Assembly (NCBI GenBank): GCA_052390235.1
Contig: JBQTHB010000001.1
Location: 1 to 64,000 of the forward strand
DNA length: 64,000 nt
Direction of reading: 5' to 3'
Source: Deltaproteobacteria bacterium
GTDB taxonomy: Bacteria; Desulfobacterota_D; UBA1144; Nemesobacterales; CSP1-2
Shown here: piece by piece, positions 19,996 to 30,957 of the stretch
How positions within the stretch are numbered: position 1 is the first letter of the stretch
Layout: each line of letters starts with the position of its first letter
Position numbers and translations under genes: made by a program
The notes under the pieces: generated by a model
The model's input: only the letters and a program-made list of their open reading frames with translations
What the model was told of the DNA's origin: nothing
Database searches by the model: none

Positions 19996-20973
19996 ATGTA
20001 CTATCCAATTTATCGCCCCAGAAGACTCAGACGCACCGAAGCCCTGCGCGAGATGATACGAGAAACCGAGCTTTCTCCCTCGGATTTTATCTATCCCATG
20101 TTCATCGTGCCGGGAAGAGGCGTCAAAGAGGAAATCGCCTCAATGCCGGGGATATTCAGGCAGTCCATTGAACTCGCCGTCGAGGAGATTAAAGAAACCC
20201 TCGATTTAGGCATCAGAGGGGCGCTTCTTTTCGGCATCCCAGAGAAAAAGGACGAACTCGGCTCAGAGGGTTTCGACGATAACGGTATTATCCAGCGCGC
20301 TGTCAGAGAGATTAAGCGAAAAGCCCCGGAGGCCGTCGTCGCAACAGATGTGTGCCTGTGCGAATACACAGTACACGGACACTGCGGCGTCGTAAAAGCA
20401 GGCGAGGTTCAAAACGACGAGACTCTAACGCTCCTCTCGAAAGCCGCCCTTTCCCACGCGCGCGCCGGAGCGGACATCGTAGCCCCGTCCGATATGATGG
20501 ACGGCAGAGTCGGCAAAATCCGTGAAAGCCTCGACGAAAAGGGGTTCCTCAGCACGGCAATCATGGCTTATTCGGCGAAATATTCATCCGCCTTCTATGG
20601 GCCCTTCAGAGAAGCGGCGCAATCCACCCCGAAATTCGGCAACCGTAGGGGGTATCAGATGGATCCCCCAAACGTGCGGGAAGCGATGCGAGAGGTCGCC
20701 CTAGACATCGAAGAGGGCGCGGACATTGTAATGGTAAAACCAGCAATGTCTTATTTGGATGTGATACGCGCGGCGAGAGAGGAATTTAATCACCCACTTG
20801 CGGCGTATAACGTAAGCGGCGAGTATTCGATGGTCAAAGCCGCCGGACGCTTAGGGTGGATTGATGAGGCCGCCGTGATGATGGAGATGCTCACGAGCAT
20901 CAAGCGCGCCGGAGCGGATATTATTCTCACCTACTTTGCCAGGGACGCGGCGCGGGCGCTAAAGGGGAAATAG
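19996..20973 (+). CDS. hemB: Porphobilinogen synthase
   Basis: [47 protein letters not shown]. Confidence 0.97.
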   Translation: MYYPIYRPRRLRRTEALREMIRETELSPSDFIYPMFIVPGRGVKEEIASMPGIFRQSIELAVEEIKETLDLGIRGALLFGIPEKKDELGSEGFDDNGIIQRAVREIKRKAPEAVVATDVCLCEYTVHGHCGVVKAGEVQNDETLTLLSKAALSHARAGADIVAPSDMMDGRVGKIRESLDEKGFLSTAIMAYSAKYSSAFYGPFREAAQSTPKFGNRRGYQMDPPNVREAMREVALDIEEGADIVMVKPAMSYLDVIRAAREEFNHPLAAYNVSGEYSMVKAAGRLGWIDEAAVMMEMLTSIKRAGADIILTYFARDAARALKGK

Positions 20974-21123
20974 ACGTGCGGCGGGCAGTTTGACTCCGCT
21001 CGGGACGAAGCGAGACGGAAATCCTCCATTCGCCATTTAGCGGTTCGGCAGTTTTCATCCTGAATCTGTGCATAATCTGCGCAGTCCAATTATAAAGGAC
21101 TTCGCAAGCCGCATCGCGCAGTT

Positions 21124-21567
21124 CTACTCGCTTCTCAAGCCGGCGGAGTTCCAATTCAACACGACGAGCCCGACGACTATAATCACAATCCCAAGCAATT
21201 TCTGAAACGTTAATGTCTCGCCGAGGAAAATCGAGGCGTAGATTGCCGTAAACAGGGGGAATGTCGCCGCTACCGGGATAATTTTCGATGTCATGCCCTG
21301 CTTGAGCGCGATAAAATAAATAAATAGCCCAACAATTCCCCCAAGCACCCCCGCGAGGAGTATCCACAGCGTCGTTCTGCCGTCCAAATTGGCGATTTCT
21401 CGATACTTTCCCGTTGCGAGCGACACGGCTAGGACAATCGCCGTGGTGAATACAAATCGGAGCGTAATAACCGTAAACGGAGTCGCTTTGGCGAGGCTCA
21501 GTTTCTCAAATATTGGAGCGATTCCCCAGACCGCCGCCACAATCAGAGCTAGAACCGTGATTTTCAT
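21124..21567 (-). CDS. Single-domain EamA/DMT family transporter
   Basis: Five TM segments; YFIALKQG..SKIIPV, IFLGETLT. Confidence 0.85.
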   Translation of the reverse strand: MKITVLALIVAAVWGIAPIFEKLSLAKATPFTVITLRFVFTTAIVLAVSLATGKYREIANLDGRTTLWILLAGVLGGIVGLFIYFIALKQGMTSKIIPVAATFPLFTAIYASIFLGETLTFQKLLGIVIIVVGLVVLNWNSAGLRSE

Positions 21568-21646
21568 AATTGATGCCCCCTCTTCGGATATTAACCCGCT
21601 CAAGACAGGAAATTAAGATTCATACGCGGCGGATAAATTCGAGCGC

Positions 21647-22351
21647 TTACAGGAGACTTTCAAGCTCAGCGAGGGTGTCAATTCTCTGAACGCCGTCCGA
21701 ATTTTTGTACTGCCCGTCTCTGTCCAGCAGATAGGCGCGAATCCCAAACGCCCTCGCCCCAACGTAGTCGAATTTAAGGCTATCCCCCACGTGAACGCAC
21801 TCGCCGCGGGACACTGCGTTGCGCTCAAGGGCAATGGCGAAAATTTCCGGCGAGGGCTTTGCAAATCCGGCTTCGGAGGATATTACAAAAGAGTCGAAGT
21901 AGCCGTAAATGCCGAGGTTTGCGCACACATCATAAACGCGCGAGTCGAAATTCGATACTAGCCCAAGCCTAAACCCCCGCGCCTTGAGCGAGGCGAGAGA
22001 GGTTTTAGTCTCAGGAAATAGTTCCCACGCCCTGACCCTAAACGTCTCGAAAAGCTCGTCGAAGTAGGCGTTGAATTGCGGGAATATGCCAACCTCGTCA
22101 AACACGCGCCTCACCACATCGTACCACCATTGCCTCTCAAGCCCCTTGCGCTCGGCGTCGGAAACGCCCCCAAAGGCAAGCGGCGGAGCGGACGCAAACG
22201 CCCTGCCGAACGCCGTTTTTATCTCAGCCGGCGACGCGTTCGAGCCATATTCGGCGGCTACCTGCCGGTAGAGGGCGGCAACCCCCCCTTTGACGTAAAA
22301 AAGCGTGTCGGCGGCATCGAAAAATACGGCTTTTACAGGTGTTTGACTCAT
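21647..22351 (-). CDS. HAD-IA family hydrolase (REG-2-like)
   Basis: FDAADTL, VSNFD, KP.PEIF, HVGDS..FD. Confidence 0.9.
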   Translation of the reverse strand: MSQTPVKAVFFDAADTLFYVKGGVAALYRQVAAEYGSNASPAEIKTAFGRAFASAPPLAFGGVSDAERKGLERQWWYDVVRRVFDEVGIFPQFNAYFDELFETFRVRAWELFPETKTSLASLKARGFRLGLVSNFDSRVYDVCANLGIYGYFDSFVISSEAGFAKPSPEIFAIALERNAVSRGECVHVGDSLKFDYVGARAFGIRAYLLDRDGQYKNSDGVQRIDTLAELESLL

Positions 22352-22419
22352 CGGATTGACCTCTTTAATATCGGGAGAATCTAATATACACTCTACGGGG
22401 TCAGGGAGCAAAAGAGCCG

Positions 22420-22785
22420 ATGCGAAGGAATAAAATTATCGCCGTAGTGCAAGATATAATGTTTATATCCAAAATTCGGGAGGCGGCAAAGCCTCTGGAC
22501 GTGGATTTGGAGTTTATCAAATCCGCCTCAGCCCTGGCAGATAAGCTCAAATCGGCAGGGGCGGCGGCGGTGGTTATAGACCTCAATCTGAGGGGGGAAA
22601 GCCCGATAGAGGCGGTGAGAGCGGTCAAATCCTCGGATGAGCTTCGCAGTATCCCGATTATCGGCTACCTCTCTCACGTTCAGACCGACCTCAGAGAAGA
22701 GGCCCTTGCCGCCGGGTGCGACCTAGCCCTGCCGAAATCTAAATTCTCGCGGGATTTAGCCGAGATTCTCGCCAAATACGCCTAA
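22420..22785 (+). CDS. Stand-alone atypical receiver (response-regulator-like) domain
   Basis: CheY-like pattern VVIDLN...IPIIGYLSHV...ALAAGCD; lacks canonical KP. Confidence 0.75.
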   Translation: MRRNKIIAVVQDIMFISKIREAAKPLDVDLEFIKSASALADKLKSAGAAAVVIDLNLRGESPIEAVRAVKSSDELRSIPIIGYLSHVQTDLREEALAAGCDLALPKSKFSRDLAEILAKYA

Positions 22786-22997
22786 ATCACATTCTCAACC
22801 AGCCCAAGCGGAGTCGAAGGACTCATCCGGCGAATCTCGCGCATTGCCGGGTAAAACCATTTCCCGTCCATCCCTCGTGTTTTGCCATATTATGCTATAC
22901 TGAGCATTGAGCCGCTTTATGAAACCCCGCGGCTCTCCCCGCATCTCATCGTTGGAGTCCCCGCCAAAATCCACAACACCCTAAGGAGACGCAGCCA

Positions 22998-24257
22998 ATG
23001 CCCGACGAATCCAAATCCCTCCTGGAGCGCTACAAATCCGTGCGGCGCTTCAGCGAGAAAATCTGCGAGACCATGGAGACCGAAGACTACGTAATTCAGT
23101 CCATGCCCGACGCAAGCCCCGCGAAGTGGCATCTGGCTCACACAAGCTGGTTTTTCGAGACGTTTATCCTCTCCGAGAGGGCTAAGAACTACAAGCCGCT
23201 CAACCCCGACTACCGCTATCTTTTCAATTCCTACTACATCCAACTCGGCAAACGCCACGCGCGCACCGAAAGAGGGTTTATCTCGCGCCCGACAGTGAGA
23301 GAGGTCTATCGCTACAGGAGCCACGTTGACGAGTCCATGTCGGGATTTCTCGACTCAGCCCCCGCCGCCGACATAGAAGAGATTCTGCCTCTGATTGAAA
23401 TAGGAATCCACCACGAACAGCAACACCAAGAACTCATGCTCACTGACATCAAACACGCGCTGTCCGTAAACCCCCTGCGCCCGGCTCTGTTTCCATCCAA
23501 TAAATCCGCATCGCAGGTCTCGGATATTCCCTCCCTCAGTTGGATTGAATTTGGCGAAGGCATCCATTCGATGGGACACGCGGGGGATGGTTTTGGATTC
23601 GACAACGAATTCCCGCGCCACAGGGTCTTTGTCCAAGATTTTGAGCTTGCCTCGCGGCTTGCGACCTGCGCCGAGTACATGGAATTTATCGAAGACGGCG
23701 GCTACGAGCGGGCGGAACTGTGGCTGTCTGACGGATGGGCGGCGGTTCAGGCAAACGGCTGGAGCGCGCCAATGTACTGGGAGAACGCAGGGGGCGGCGC
23801 GTGGGAGCATTTCACGCTCTCAGGGATGCGCAGAGTTAACGCCGCCGAGCCCGTGTGCCACATCAGCCATTATGAGGCAAATGCCTTCGCGCGCTGGGCT
23901 GGGGGGAGACTCCCGACGGAAGCCGAGTGGGAGATGGCGGCGGCAAGACTAGCTACGGAGGGAAATTTCGCCGAGAGCGGCAATTACCACCCCGCAGGGC
24001 TGATGGGTTCGGGAACGGGGCTTCGGCAGATGTTCGGAGACGTTTGGGAGTGGACTGAGAGCGCGTATCTGCCGTATCCGGGTTATAAGCCAGTGGCAGG
24101 GGCGCTGGGGGAGTACAATGGGAAATTCATGTCCGGGCAGATGACCCTCAGGGGCGGCTCATGCGCAACCCCCGCATCGCACATACGGGCGACGTACAGG
24201 AATTTTTTCCCCCCCTCGGCAAGGTGGCAATTTATGGGAGCGAGGCTTGCCAGATGA
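22998..24257 (+). CDS. egtB: Ergothioneine biosynthesis sulfoxide synthase EgtB
   Basis: SPAKWHLAHT, FNSYY, HHEQQHQEL, FGE-sulfatase domain RLPTEAEWE, GDVWEWT, EYNGKFM, RATYRNFF. Confidence 0.95.
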   Translation: MPDESKSLLERYKSVRRFSEKICETMETEDYVIQSMPDASPAKWHLAHTSWFFETFILSERAKNYKPLNPDYRYLFNSYYIQLGKRHARTERGFISRPTVREVYRYRSHVDESMSGFLDSAPAADIEEILPLIEIGIHHEQQHQELMLTDIKHALSVNPLRPALFPSNKSASQVSDIPSLSWIEFGEGIHSMGHAGDGFGFDNEFPRHRVFVQDFELASRLATCAEYMEFIEDGGYERAELWLSDGWAAVQANGWSAPMYWENAGGGAWEHFTLSGMRRVNAAEPVCHISHYEANAFARWAGGRLPTEAEWEMAAARLATEGNFAESGNYHPAGLMGSGTGLRQMFGDVWEWTESAYLPYPGYKPVAGALGEYNGKFMSGQMTLRGGSCATPASHIRATYRNFFPPSARWQFMGARLAR

Positions 24258-25219
24258 TGAAAAATATGAATCTCTCGGCAGCCGGCTATGAGAGTGAAAA
24301 CGACCCCACGCTTGCGGAAATCCGCGATGGACTCGGCAAAGAGCGCAGAGAGCTTCCCTGCAAGCTGTTCTACGACGAGAGGGGCTCGGCTCTATTCGAT
24401 GAGATATGCGAGCTTGAGGAGTACTACCCCACGCGCACGGAAGCGGGCATTATGAGCGAATATGCCGAGAAAATGGCAGACGCCCTGGGGGAGAGGCGCC
24501 TGCTTATAGAGCTTGGGAGCGGGAGCATCAGAAAAATCCGCGTTCTGCTGGAATATCTCTCATCCCCGGCGGCTTACGTCCCCGTGGATATATCGAGGGA
24601 GCATCTCATAAAATCCGCCGCCGCGCTCGCCAGAGATTATCCCGCGCTTAAAATCATCCCCGTTCACGCCGATTACACGAAATCCTTTGAGCTTCCGAGG
24701 ATAAAAATCCCTTGGGCGCACAGAGTTGCCTACTATCCCGGCTCTTCCATCGGGAATTTTAGCCCACAGCAGGCGAGGGAATTCTTAGAGCGGGTTAGGG
24801 ATTTAGTAGGGAGTGGCGGAGGACTGCTCATTGGGGTTGACCTCAAAAAAGACAGGCGCGCACTCGAGGCGGCTTACAACGATAAAAAAGGGGTTACGGC
24901 TGAGTTTAATCTAAACATTCTGCGTCGGCTCAATCGGGAATTCGGGGGGAGTTTTGACCTGGCACAGTGGGCGCACCGCGCGATATACAACGAGGAGGCC
25001 GGGAGAGTGGAGATGTACCTGGTGAGCCGGACAAATCAGCAGGCGGCGGCGGCGGGGCTGAATATCTCCTTCAAAAGGGGCGAGGCAATTCTCACCGAAT
25101 ATTCTCACAAATACTCAATTGCCGATTTCGAGTCTCTAGTCCGGGGCGTTTTCCGAGTCGAGCGGGTTTGGACAGACGGTGAGCAGAAATTCAGCGTTCA
25201 GTATCTCTCGGCGCGCTGA
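24254..25219 (+). CDS. egtD: L-histidine N-alpha-trimethyltransferase EgtD
   Basis: FYDERGS.LF, YYPTRTE, ELGSG, PGSSIGNF, AYND..GVTAEFN, TEYSHKY; ATGA overlap with egtB. Confidence 0.95.
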   Translation: MMKNMNLSAAGYESENDPTLAEIRDGLGKERRELPCKLFYDERGSALFDEICELEEYYPTRTEAGIMSEYAEKMADALGERRLLIELGSGSIRKIRVLLEYLSSPAAYVPVDISREHLIKSAAALARDYPALKIIPVHADYTKSFELPRIKIPWAHRVAYYPGSSIGNFSPQQAREFLERVRDLVGSGGGLLIGVDLKKDRRALEAAYNDKKGVTAEFNLNILRRLNREFGGSFDLAQWAHRAIYNEEAGRVEMYLVSRTNQQAAAAGLNISFKRGEAILTEYSHKYSIADFESLVRGVFRVERVWTDGEQKFSVQYLSAR

Positions 25220-25378
25220 ATAACGAATCCCAGAATTTTCGCAAAGTATAAAACCCTCGCTCAAGCCCTAGATTCGGGATTTTCGCCGTCTCTGTCGTCG
25301 GGTAGCCCCCCCACTCCGAGCCATCGCCCCTCGCAACATTGGATGAGCCTACAATAGCGAGTATTATTTATCACGCAG

Positions 25379-26146
25379 ATGAATAGACTAAAACTCGTCT
25401 CAGGCACACTCGCAAGCATCGGGCGCGAACTCGCGGGCAGAGATTTATTTCCCCACCGAGAAGTGCATCCGGCTCAGGGCAAATACTGGCTTGGGGTGGC
25501 GGCGAACCTGTTTTTCCAAGCCTATCTCGGAGCCGAGTACCTAGGGGCGGAGAACATCCCTAAGCGCGGCGCGGCGATAATTGCGGCAAACCACCTCTCG
25601 CATCTCGACGGCGCGATAATAAACGCATCGTCCGCTATGGCAACGAGACGCCCTGTGGCGTTTCTAGTCGCCGAAGACCTCTACAGGGCAAACCCCCTAT
25701 TTCGGGCGATGTGCAGGGTCGTAAACTGTATCCCCGTGAAAAGGGACGAGCGGGATTTAACCGCGCTCCGCAGGATTATAAGGCTCATCAGAGAGGGGAG
25801 AATCGTCGGGATATTTCCCGAAGGCGGCAGGTCAACCGACGGCAGTATCGGCGAGGGGAAAGCCGGCGTGTCGGTACTCGCGCTCGCAACAGGATGCCCG
25901 GTGATTCCGGCGGGGATTAGCGGCACCTATGAAGCCCTGCCCAAGCGGGGGCGGCTGATAAAACCGGTCAAGGTGAGAATTAAATTCGGCGCTCCTCTTA
26001 GATTCGAGAGGGTCAGGAACCCCTCTGAGGAGCAAATCCTGCGGGCGCGGGACGTTATCATGGGCGAAATAAAAAAACTGCACGCAGAAATCGCCTCCGA
26101 AAGCGACGGGAAACTCGCCCGAATCAAAATTTCCAAAGTCTCGTGA
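25379..26146 (+). CDS. Lysophospholipid (1-acyl-sn-glycerol-3-phosphate) acyltransferase
   Basis: NHLSHLD (HX4D) and IFPEGGRS motifs. Confidence 0.9.
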   Translation: MNRLKLVSGTLASIGRELAGRDLFPHREVHPAQGKYWLGVAANLFFQAYLGAEYLGAENIPKRGAAIIAANHLSHLDGAIINASSAMATRRPVAFLVAEDLYRANPLFRAMCRVVNCIPVKRDERDLTALRRIIRLIREGRIVGIFPEGGRSTDGSIGEGKAGVSVLALATGCPVIPAGISGTYEALPKRGRLIKPVKVRIKFGAPLRFERVRNPSEEQILRARDVIMGEIKKLHAEIASESDGKLARIKISKVS

Positions 26147-26212
26147 TGCGCAACGCGGCAGGATTTACAGCTAAGAGATGACACTTACGCCCTTAAGACA
26201 GGGAGCGGTGTG

Positions 26213-26278
26213 GGTCATTGCGAGCCGTAGAGAGGAATCATAAAAAGGGGCAGGATTTCTCGTTGCGCTCGAAATTAC
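26213..26278. repeat. Palindromic intergenic element (family B) between convergent genes
   Basis: GTCATTGCGAGCCGTAGAGAGGAATC...GATTTCTCGTTGCGCTCGAAATTAC resembles 35310-35391. Confidence 0.55.
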
Positions 26279-26315
26279 CATCGGGCAGTACAGCCCAGTC
26301 CAGAGGAGCTAAAGC

Positions 26316-27740
26316 TCAGCCCAAAAGCCGCTTTAAAATCTCGTTTATGAGCTTCGGGTTTGCCTTCCCGCGGGTCGCTTTCATTACCTCGCCCACGAAA
26401 AACCCTATTAATTTATCCTGACCCCCTCTGTAGCGGGCGACAACCTCTGGGTTTCTCTCAATTGCCGCCGCCGCCGCCGACTCAAGCTCGGATGCGTCGC
26501 TGATTTGGCGAATCCCCTTGCTTGCGACAATCTCGGGCGCGCCCATGTCCCCGGATAGCATCTCGGCGAATACGTCTTTGGCAATTTTGCCGCTTATCGT
26601 GCCGTCGTCAATGAGTTTAATTAGTTCGGCGAGTCTCGCAGGGGTAATTTTAAATGTACCGATGCCCTCCTCGGCTCCAAGTTCCCTCAAAAGCTCGGTC
26701 ATTATCCAGTTGCTAAACGCCTTGGGCTTCGGGTATATGGCAACGCACCGCTCGAAATAATCCGCTACCTCAGGGGATGCCGTCAGCACCTCGGCGTCGT
26801 ATCGGGGAATATTATAGCCCTCTGTGAACCGGATGCGTTTTGCGTCGGGAAGCTCCGGCAGGGCATCGGCAATTTGCCTAACCCACTCGCCGTCAACAAT
26901 GAGCGGCAGGAGGTCGGGGTCGGGAAAGTACCTGTAGTCGTGCGCCTCTTCCTTAGACCTCATTGAGTAGGTAACCCCTTGAGTGGAATCGAAAAGGCGC
27001 GTCTCCTGCGCCACCCGCCCTCCGCTCTCAAGCACGGCGGTTTGGCGGCGAATTTCGTACTCTATTGCCTTTTGAACGAATCTAAACGAGTTGACGTTTT
27101 TTATCTCGGCTTTCGTGCCGAGGGCGGGGGTTCCCTTCAGCCTGACAGAGACGTTGGCATCGCACCTGAGGCTCCCCTCTTCCATGTTGCCGTCGCAAAC
27201 GCCTATATAAACTAGAATCGTGCGCAGTTTCTTCAGATACACCACGGCTTCTTCGGCGGTTTCAATATCCGGTTCGCTGACGATTTCGATGAGCGGCACG
27301 CCGGCTCGGTTGAGGTCAACGCGGCTCTGAGTGGCCGAGTCCTCGTGGATGAGCTTTCCGGCGTCTTCCTCAAGGTGGATTCTCTTTATCCGAACAGTTT
27401 TCACCCTGCCCTCAGCCTCGATTTCGAGAGTTCCCCCGGAGCAGAGCGGCTCCTCGTACTGAGAGATTTGATAGCCCTTGGGAAGGTCGGGATAGAAATA
27501 ATTCTTGCGGGCGAATCGGGAGTTCGGGGCGACGGCGCAGCCCGTGGCAATGGCGGCGCGGATGGCGAATTCGACGACTTTTTTATTCAGCACGGGAAGG
27601 ACTCCGGGCATTCCGAGACATATGGGGCAGGTCTGAGAATTCGGTTCTGCGCCGAATTTAGTGGAGCAGGAGCAGAAAATCTTCGTATTCGTGAGGAGCT
27701 GCGCGTGGACTTCAAGTCCTATGACCGGCTCGTAGGGCAT
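26316..27740 (-). CDS. gatB: Asp-tRNA(Asn)/Glu-tRNA(Gln) amidotransferase subunit B
   Basis: [51 protein letters not shown]. Confidence 0.97.
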   Translation of the reverse strand: MPYEPVIGLEVHAQLLTNTKIFCSCSTKFGAEPNSQTCPICLGMPGVLPVLNKKVVEFAIRAAIATGCAVAPNSRFARKNYFYPDLPKGYQISQYEEPLCSGGTLEIEAEGRVKTVRIKRIHLEEDAGKLIHEDSATQSRVDLNRAGVPLIEIVSEPDIETAEEAVVYLKKLRTILVYIGVCDGNMEEGSLRCDANVSVRLKGTPALGTKAEIKNVNSFRFVQKAIEYEIRRQTAVLESGGRVAQETRLFDSTQGVTYSMRSKEEAHDYRYFPDPDLLPLIVDGEWVRQIADALPELPDAKRIRFTEGYNIPRYDAEVLTASPEVADYFERCVAIYPKPKAFSNWIMTELLRELGAEEGIGTFKITPARLAELIKLIDDGTISGKIAKDVFAEMLSGDMGAPEIVASKGIRQISDASELESAAAAAIERNPEVVARYRGGQDKLIGFFVGEVMKATRGKANPKLINEILKRLLG

Positions 27741-27885
27741 ATATTATGAACCTCTCTCCGTGGATTGGAATCGCCGCTTTGACTCTCGGCGTTTGTCGTA
27801 GATAATTCATGAGCTTCGGAATTGGCAATAAGAGTGATTCATCCCCCGATGGTTGTCAAGAATCCCTAAGCGAGGTCTCGCCAAA

Positions 27886-28569
27886 ATGAAAAGAGCGGTT
27901 TTAATTCTCTCGCCACACCCAGACGATATGGAAATCGGCATGGGGGGAACGGTCGCAAAGCTGATAGGAGGCGGGGCGCAGGTCATATCGGTCGTGGTTA
28001 CGGACGGGAGGCGAAGCACGAGCATTAGCGGGGTCATCGGGGACGAACTGGCACGGGTGAGAAGGGCTGAAGCGCAGGAGGCGGCGCGCATTTTAGCCGT
28101 GAGCAGTATTATATTCTTTGAGCTATCGGATGTGAAAACGGAGTATAATCAAGCGCTCATGAGAGAGAAATTCGATGCGGCTCTGCGGCAGTTCGCCCCC
28201 TCTGAGATTTTTCTGCCGCACCCCACAATTGACAAGCATCCGACTCACCAAGCCACATCGGCGCTCGCGCTTGAGGTTCTCGGCGGCCGTCCCCCCCTGC
28301 CCCGCAGGATTTGGGCTTATGAGGTGTGGACGCCGTTTCCGCATTACGACCGCATCGAGGATATATCCGATGTCATTGACATAAAATGTGAATCCATCAA
28401 CGCCCACGCGAGTCAAATCGAATATAAAAGCTACACAGAGGGGATGAAGGGGCTGAACCGCTACAGGGCGGCTTTCGACGCCACAAGCGGCGTTACGCGG
28501 ATGAAATACGCCGAGGTGTTTATCAGTATCAGCACAGGAGAGATTCATGAAAAAGACCCCGCTTTTTGA
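27886..28569 (+). CDS. PIG-L/LmbE family deacetylase
   Basis: SPHPDD, VTDG, RRAE, DKHPTH, AHASQ. Confidence 0.88.
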   Translation: MKRAVLILSPHPDDMEIGMGGTVAKLIGGGAQVISVVVTDGRRSTSISGVIGDELARVRRAEAQEAARILAVSSIIFFELSDVKTEYNQALMREKFDAALRQFAPSEIFLPHPTIDKHPTHQATSALALEVLGGRPPLPRRIWAYEVWTPFPHYDRIEDISDVIDIKCESINAHASQIEYKSYTEGMKGLNRYRAAFDATSGVTRMKYAEVFISISTGEIHEKDPAF

Positions 28570-29620
28570 CGCTCACTCATCCGAGGGGGCAGTTTTCGAG
28601 GAGGAATCAGGCTGGCTCGCCCCCCGAAACTACGGCAATCCCCTAGGGGAGTATTCCGCCGCAAGAGCCGCCGCCGCAGTTGCAGATATATCGCATCGGG
28701 GGAGAATTAGGCTCAGCGGCAGGGAGCATATTAAATTCCTTCAGGGGATGCTCACAAACGACGTCGCCAAATTGGAGGATGGCAGAGGGCTATATGCCGC
28801 TCTACTCACGGCAAAGGGCAGGATGATAGCCGATATGCGGGTCTATCGGGACGGGGATGCCGCCCTCCTTGACCTGGAGCCGGGGCTAAACGAGGCTATC
28901 GGGAATTTATTAATCAAATATAGAATCTCCTACAAGGCTAATATCGAAGACGCAACTCAGATACTAAGTCATCTGACCGTTCAGGGGAAGGCGTCTAAAA
29001 GCCGCATCGAAGAGCTACTGGGCGTGAAAATCCCTGGGCTTGCCAAGCATGAAATTGCCAAAATTTCACTCGGAGGGATAACTCTCACCATTGCCGAAGC
29101 CGACCGCACCGGCGACGGGGGATACGATATTTTCGTGGACAGCGCGACGGTTTGTGAAATTTGGAAGCGTCTTCGTGAGGGAATAGCCCCTATTGGGGCG
29201 GAGGCTCTGGAAATCCTAAGAATTGAAGCCGCCATCCCACGGTACGGCAGGGATATGGACGAGAACACGATACCGATTGAAGCCGGCATTTGGGACGCCC
29301 TGAGCTTTGATAAGGGCTGCTATGTGGGGCAGGAGGTGATAGCGCGGATTAAGTGGAGAGGACATGTAAATCGCCACCTTCTGGGATTTAGCATCGAAGG
29401 AGGGAGGATTCCCCAAGCCGGAGCGAAGATTTTCCACGATGAGCGGGAGATAGGACAGCTCACAAGCCCCTGCTTATCCCCTCACGCCGGGGGAATTATC
29501 GCCCTCGGATACGCGAGGAGGGAGTTCTCGGATATGGGGGCGAGGGTGTCTATCGCGCTCGGAGCGGGTGATTTTGTTTGGGCAGAAATAGCAAAAACGC
29601 CATTTTATACAGGGATTTAG
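28547..29620 (+). CDS. GcvT-family folate-binding protein (YgfZ-like)
   Basis: FLQGMLTNDV, LRIEAAIP, signature KGCYVGQE. Confidence 0.9.
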   Translation: MKKTPLFDAHSSEGAVFEEESGWLAPRNYGNPLGEYSAARAAAAVADISHRGRIRLSGREHIKFLQGMLTNDVAKLEDGRGLYAALLTAKGRMIADMRVYRDGDAALLDLEPGLNEAIGNLLIKYRISYKANIEDATQILSHLTVQGKASKSRIEELLGVKIPGLAKHEIAKISLGGITLTIAEADRTGDGGYDIFVDSATVCEIWKRLREGIAPIGAEALEILRIEAAIPRYGRDMDENTIPIEAGIWDALSFDKGCYVGQEVIARIKWRGHVNRHLLGFSIEGGRIPQAGAKIFHDEREIGQLTSPCLSPHAGGIIALGYARREFSDMGARVSIALGAGDFVWAEIAKTPFYTGI

Positions 29621-29884
29621 GGCATAAAAAATTGGTTCTTGATTTTATATCCCTCTGATTTATAGTATCCGAAATGGCCACAGCCTAAGTTGAAGTGGGA
29701 AATATGATTTTTGCTAAGCCTTAATTTGTCGAGTTTTCAAGAGGTTAGCTTTATAACTTCATGCAGTATATGAAATTTCTAAACCGCCCTTTTTCTCTGT
29801 TGCGCCGATGGTTGCAAATTACGATTCAAACTGAAAAACAAAACGCTATAGCACTCGTTACGAGCTTGGGAGGCTCTTTTTAAA

Positions 29885-30922
29885 ATGATATTTAATTCAA
29901 TACTCGGATGGTTTTCAAACGACCTAGCCGTTGACCTCGGAACGGCTAACACGCTTGTCTATGTTAAGGGCAGGGGAATAGTCGCCAACGAGCCGTCTGT
30001 CGTAGCAGTTCAGGAGGACGCAAGAGGGGTGAAAAAAATTCTCGCCGTCGGCAAGGACGCAAAAGATATGCTTGGGCGCACCCCCGGCTCAATTAAAGCC
30101 ATAAGACCGCTTCGGGAAGGCGTTATCGCCGACTTTGACGTGGCGCAGAAGATGCTCGAATTCTTCATCCGCAAAGCCCATAATAACAGAAAGAGCCTCC
30201 TCAGACCCAGAGTCGTCGTATCCGTCCCCATTGGCATCACCGAGGTCGAGAAAAGGGCAGTGAAGGAATCCGCAGAGGCGGCAAACGCCCGCGAGGTTTT
30301 CCTCATCGAAGAGACAATGGCGGCGGCAATAGGGGCGGGGCTTCCGGTAACCGAGCCTGTAGGGAGCATGGTGGTTGACATAGGCGGCGGCACAACCGGG
30401 GTCGCGGTAATATCGCTTGCGGGAATTGTCGTGAGCAAGTCCGTTCGCGTGGGCGGCGATAAAATGGACGAAGCGATAATACAATACATAAAAAGCACAT
30501 ACGGAATGCTCATAGGTGAGAGAACCGCAGAAGAGGTCAAAATAAAGCTCGGAACGGCGCTTGGCAACGGCGGGGTTGACACGATGAAGGTCAAGGGGCG
30601 GGATTTGCGCGCCGGAGTGCCTAAGACGATTGAAATCACATCCGAAGAGGTGCGCGAGGGCTTAAACGAACCCATCAATATTATAATTGACGCCATAAAG
30701 CACACCCTTGAGCGGACTCCGCCGGAGCTTACCTCGGATATTCTCGATAGCGGCATCGTGCTTACCGGAGGCGGCTCGCTCCTTGGCGGACTCGATATAC
30801 TCATTCGTGAGGAGACTTCCCTCCCGGTGAGAATGGCAGAAGACCCGCTCACCTGCGTCGTTATGGGGTCGGGCAAAGCCCTAGACCGCCCGGATTTATT
30901 AAGGGACATAAGCATTTGGTAA
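29885..30922 (+). CDS. mreB: Rod shape-determining protein MreB
   Basis: [32 protein letters not shown]. Confidence 0.97.
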   Translation: MIFNSILGWFSNDLAVDLGTANTLVYVKGRGIVANEPSVVAVQEDARGVKKILAVGKDAKDMLGRTPGSIKAIRPLREGVIADFDVAQKMLEFFIRKAHNNRKSLLRPRVVVSVPIGITEVEKRAVKESAEAANAREVFLIEETMAAAIGAGLPVTEPVGSMVVDIGGGTTGVAVISLAGIVVSKSVRVGGDKMDEAIIQYIKSTYGMLIGERTAEEVKIKLGTALGNGGVDTMKVKGRDLRAGVPKTIEITSEEVREGLNEPINIIIDAIKHTLERTPPELTSDILDSGIVLTGGGSLLGGLDILIREETSLPVRMAEDPLTCVVMGSGKALDRPDLLRDISIW

Positions 30923-30957
30923 ACGCAAATTCAAGGGGATTTAACTAATCTAATCAG

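Noticed and set aside
22998..24257. Selenoneine (SenA) or ovothiol (OvoA) synthase
   Set aside because: No senB/selD neighbours, no C-terminal methyltransferase domain, and direct coupling to egtD fits EgtB
26316..27740. gatB without gatC/gatA
   Set aside because: Split gat genes are common and not remarkable
29849..29868. CIRCE-like TAGCACTC upstream of mreB
   Set aside because: Only a half-site; the GAGTGCTAA arm at 9-bp spacing is absent
16772..30915. Long antisense ORFs such as 16772-17758 and 30010-30915
   Set aside because: Mirror frames of alaS and mreB, expected at this GC content
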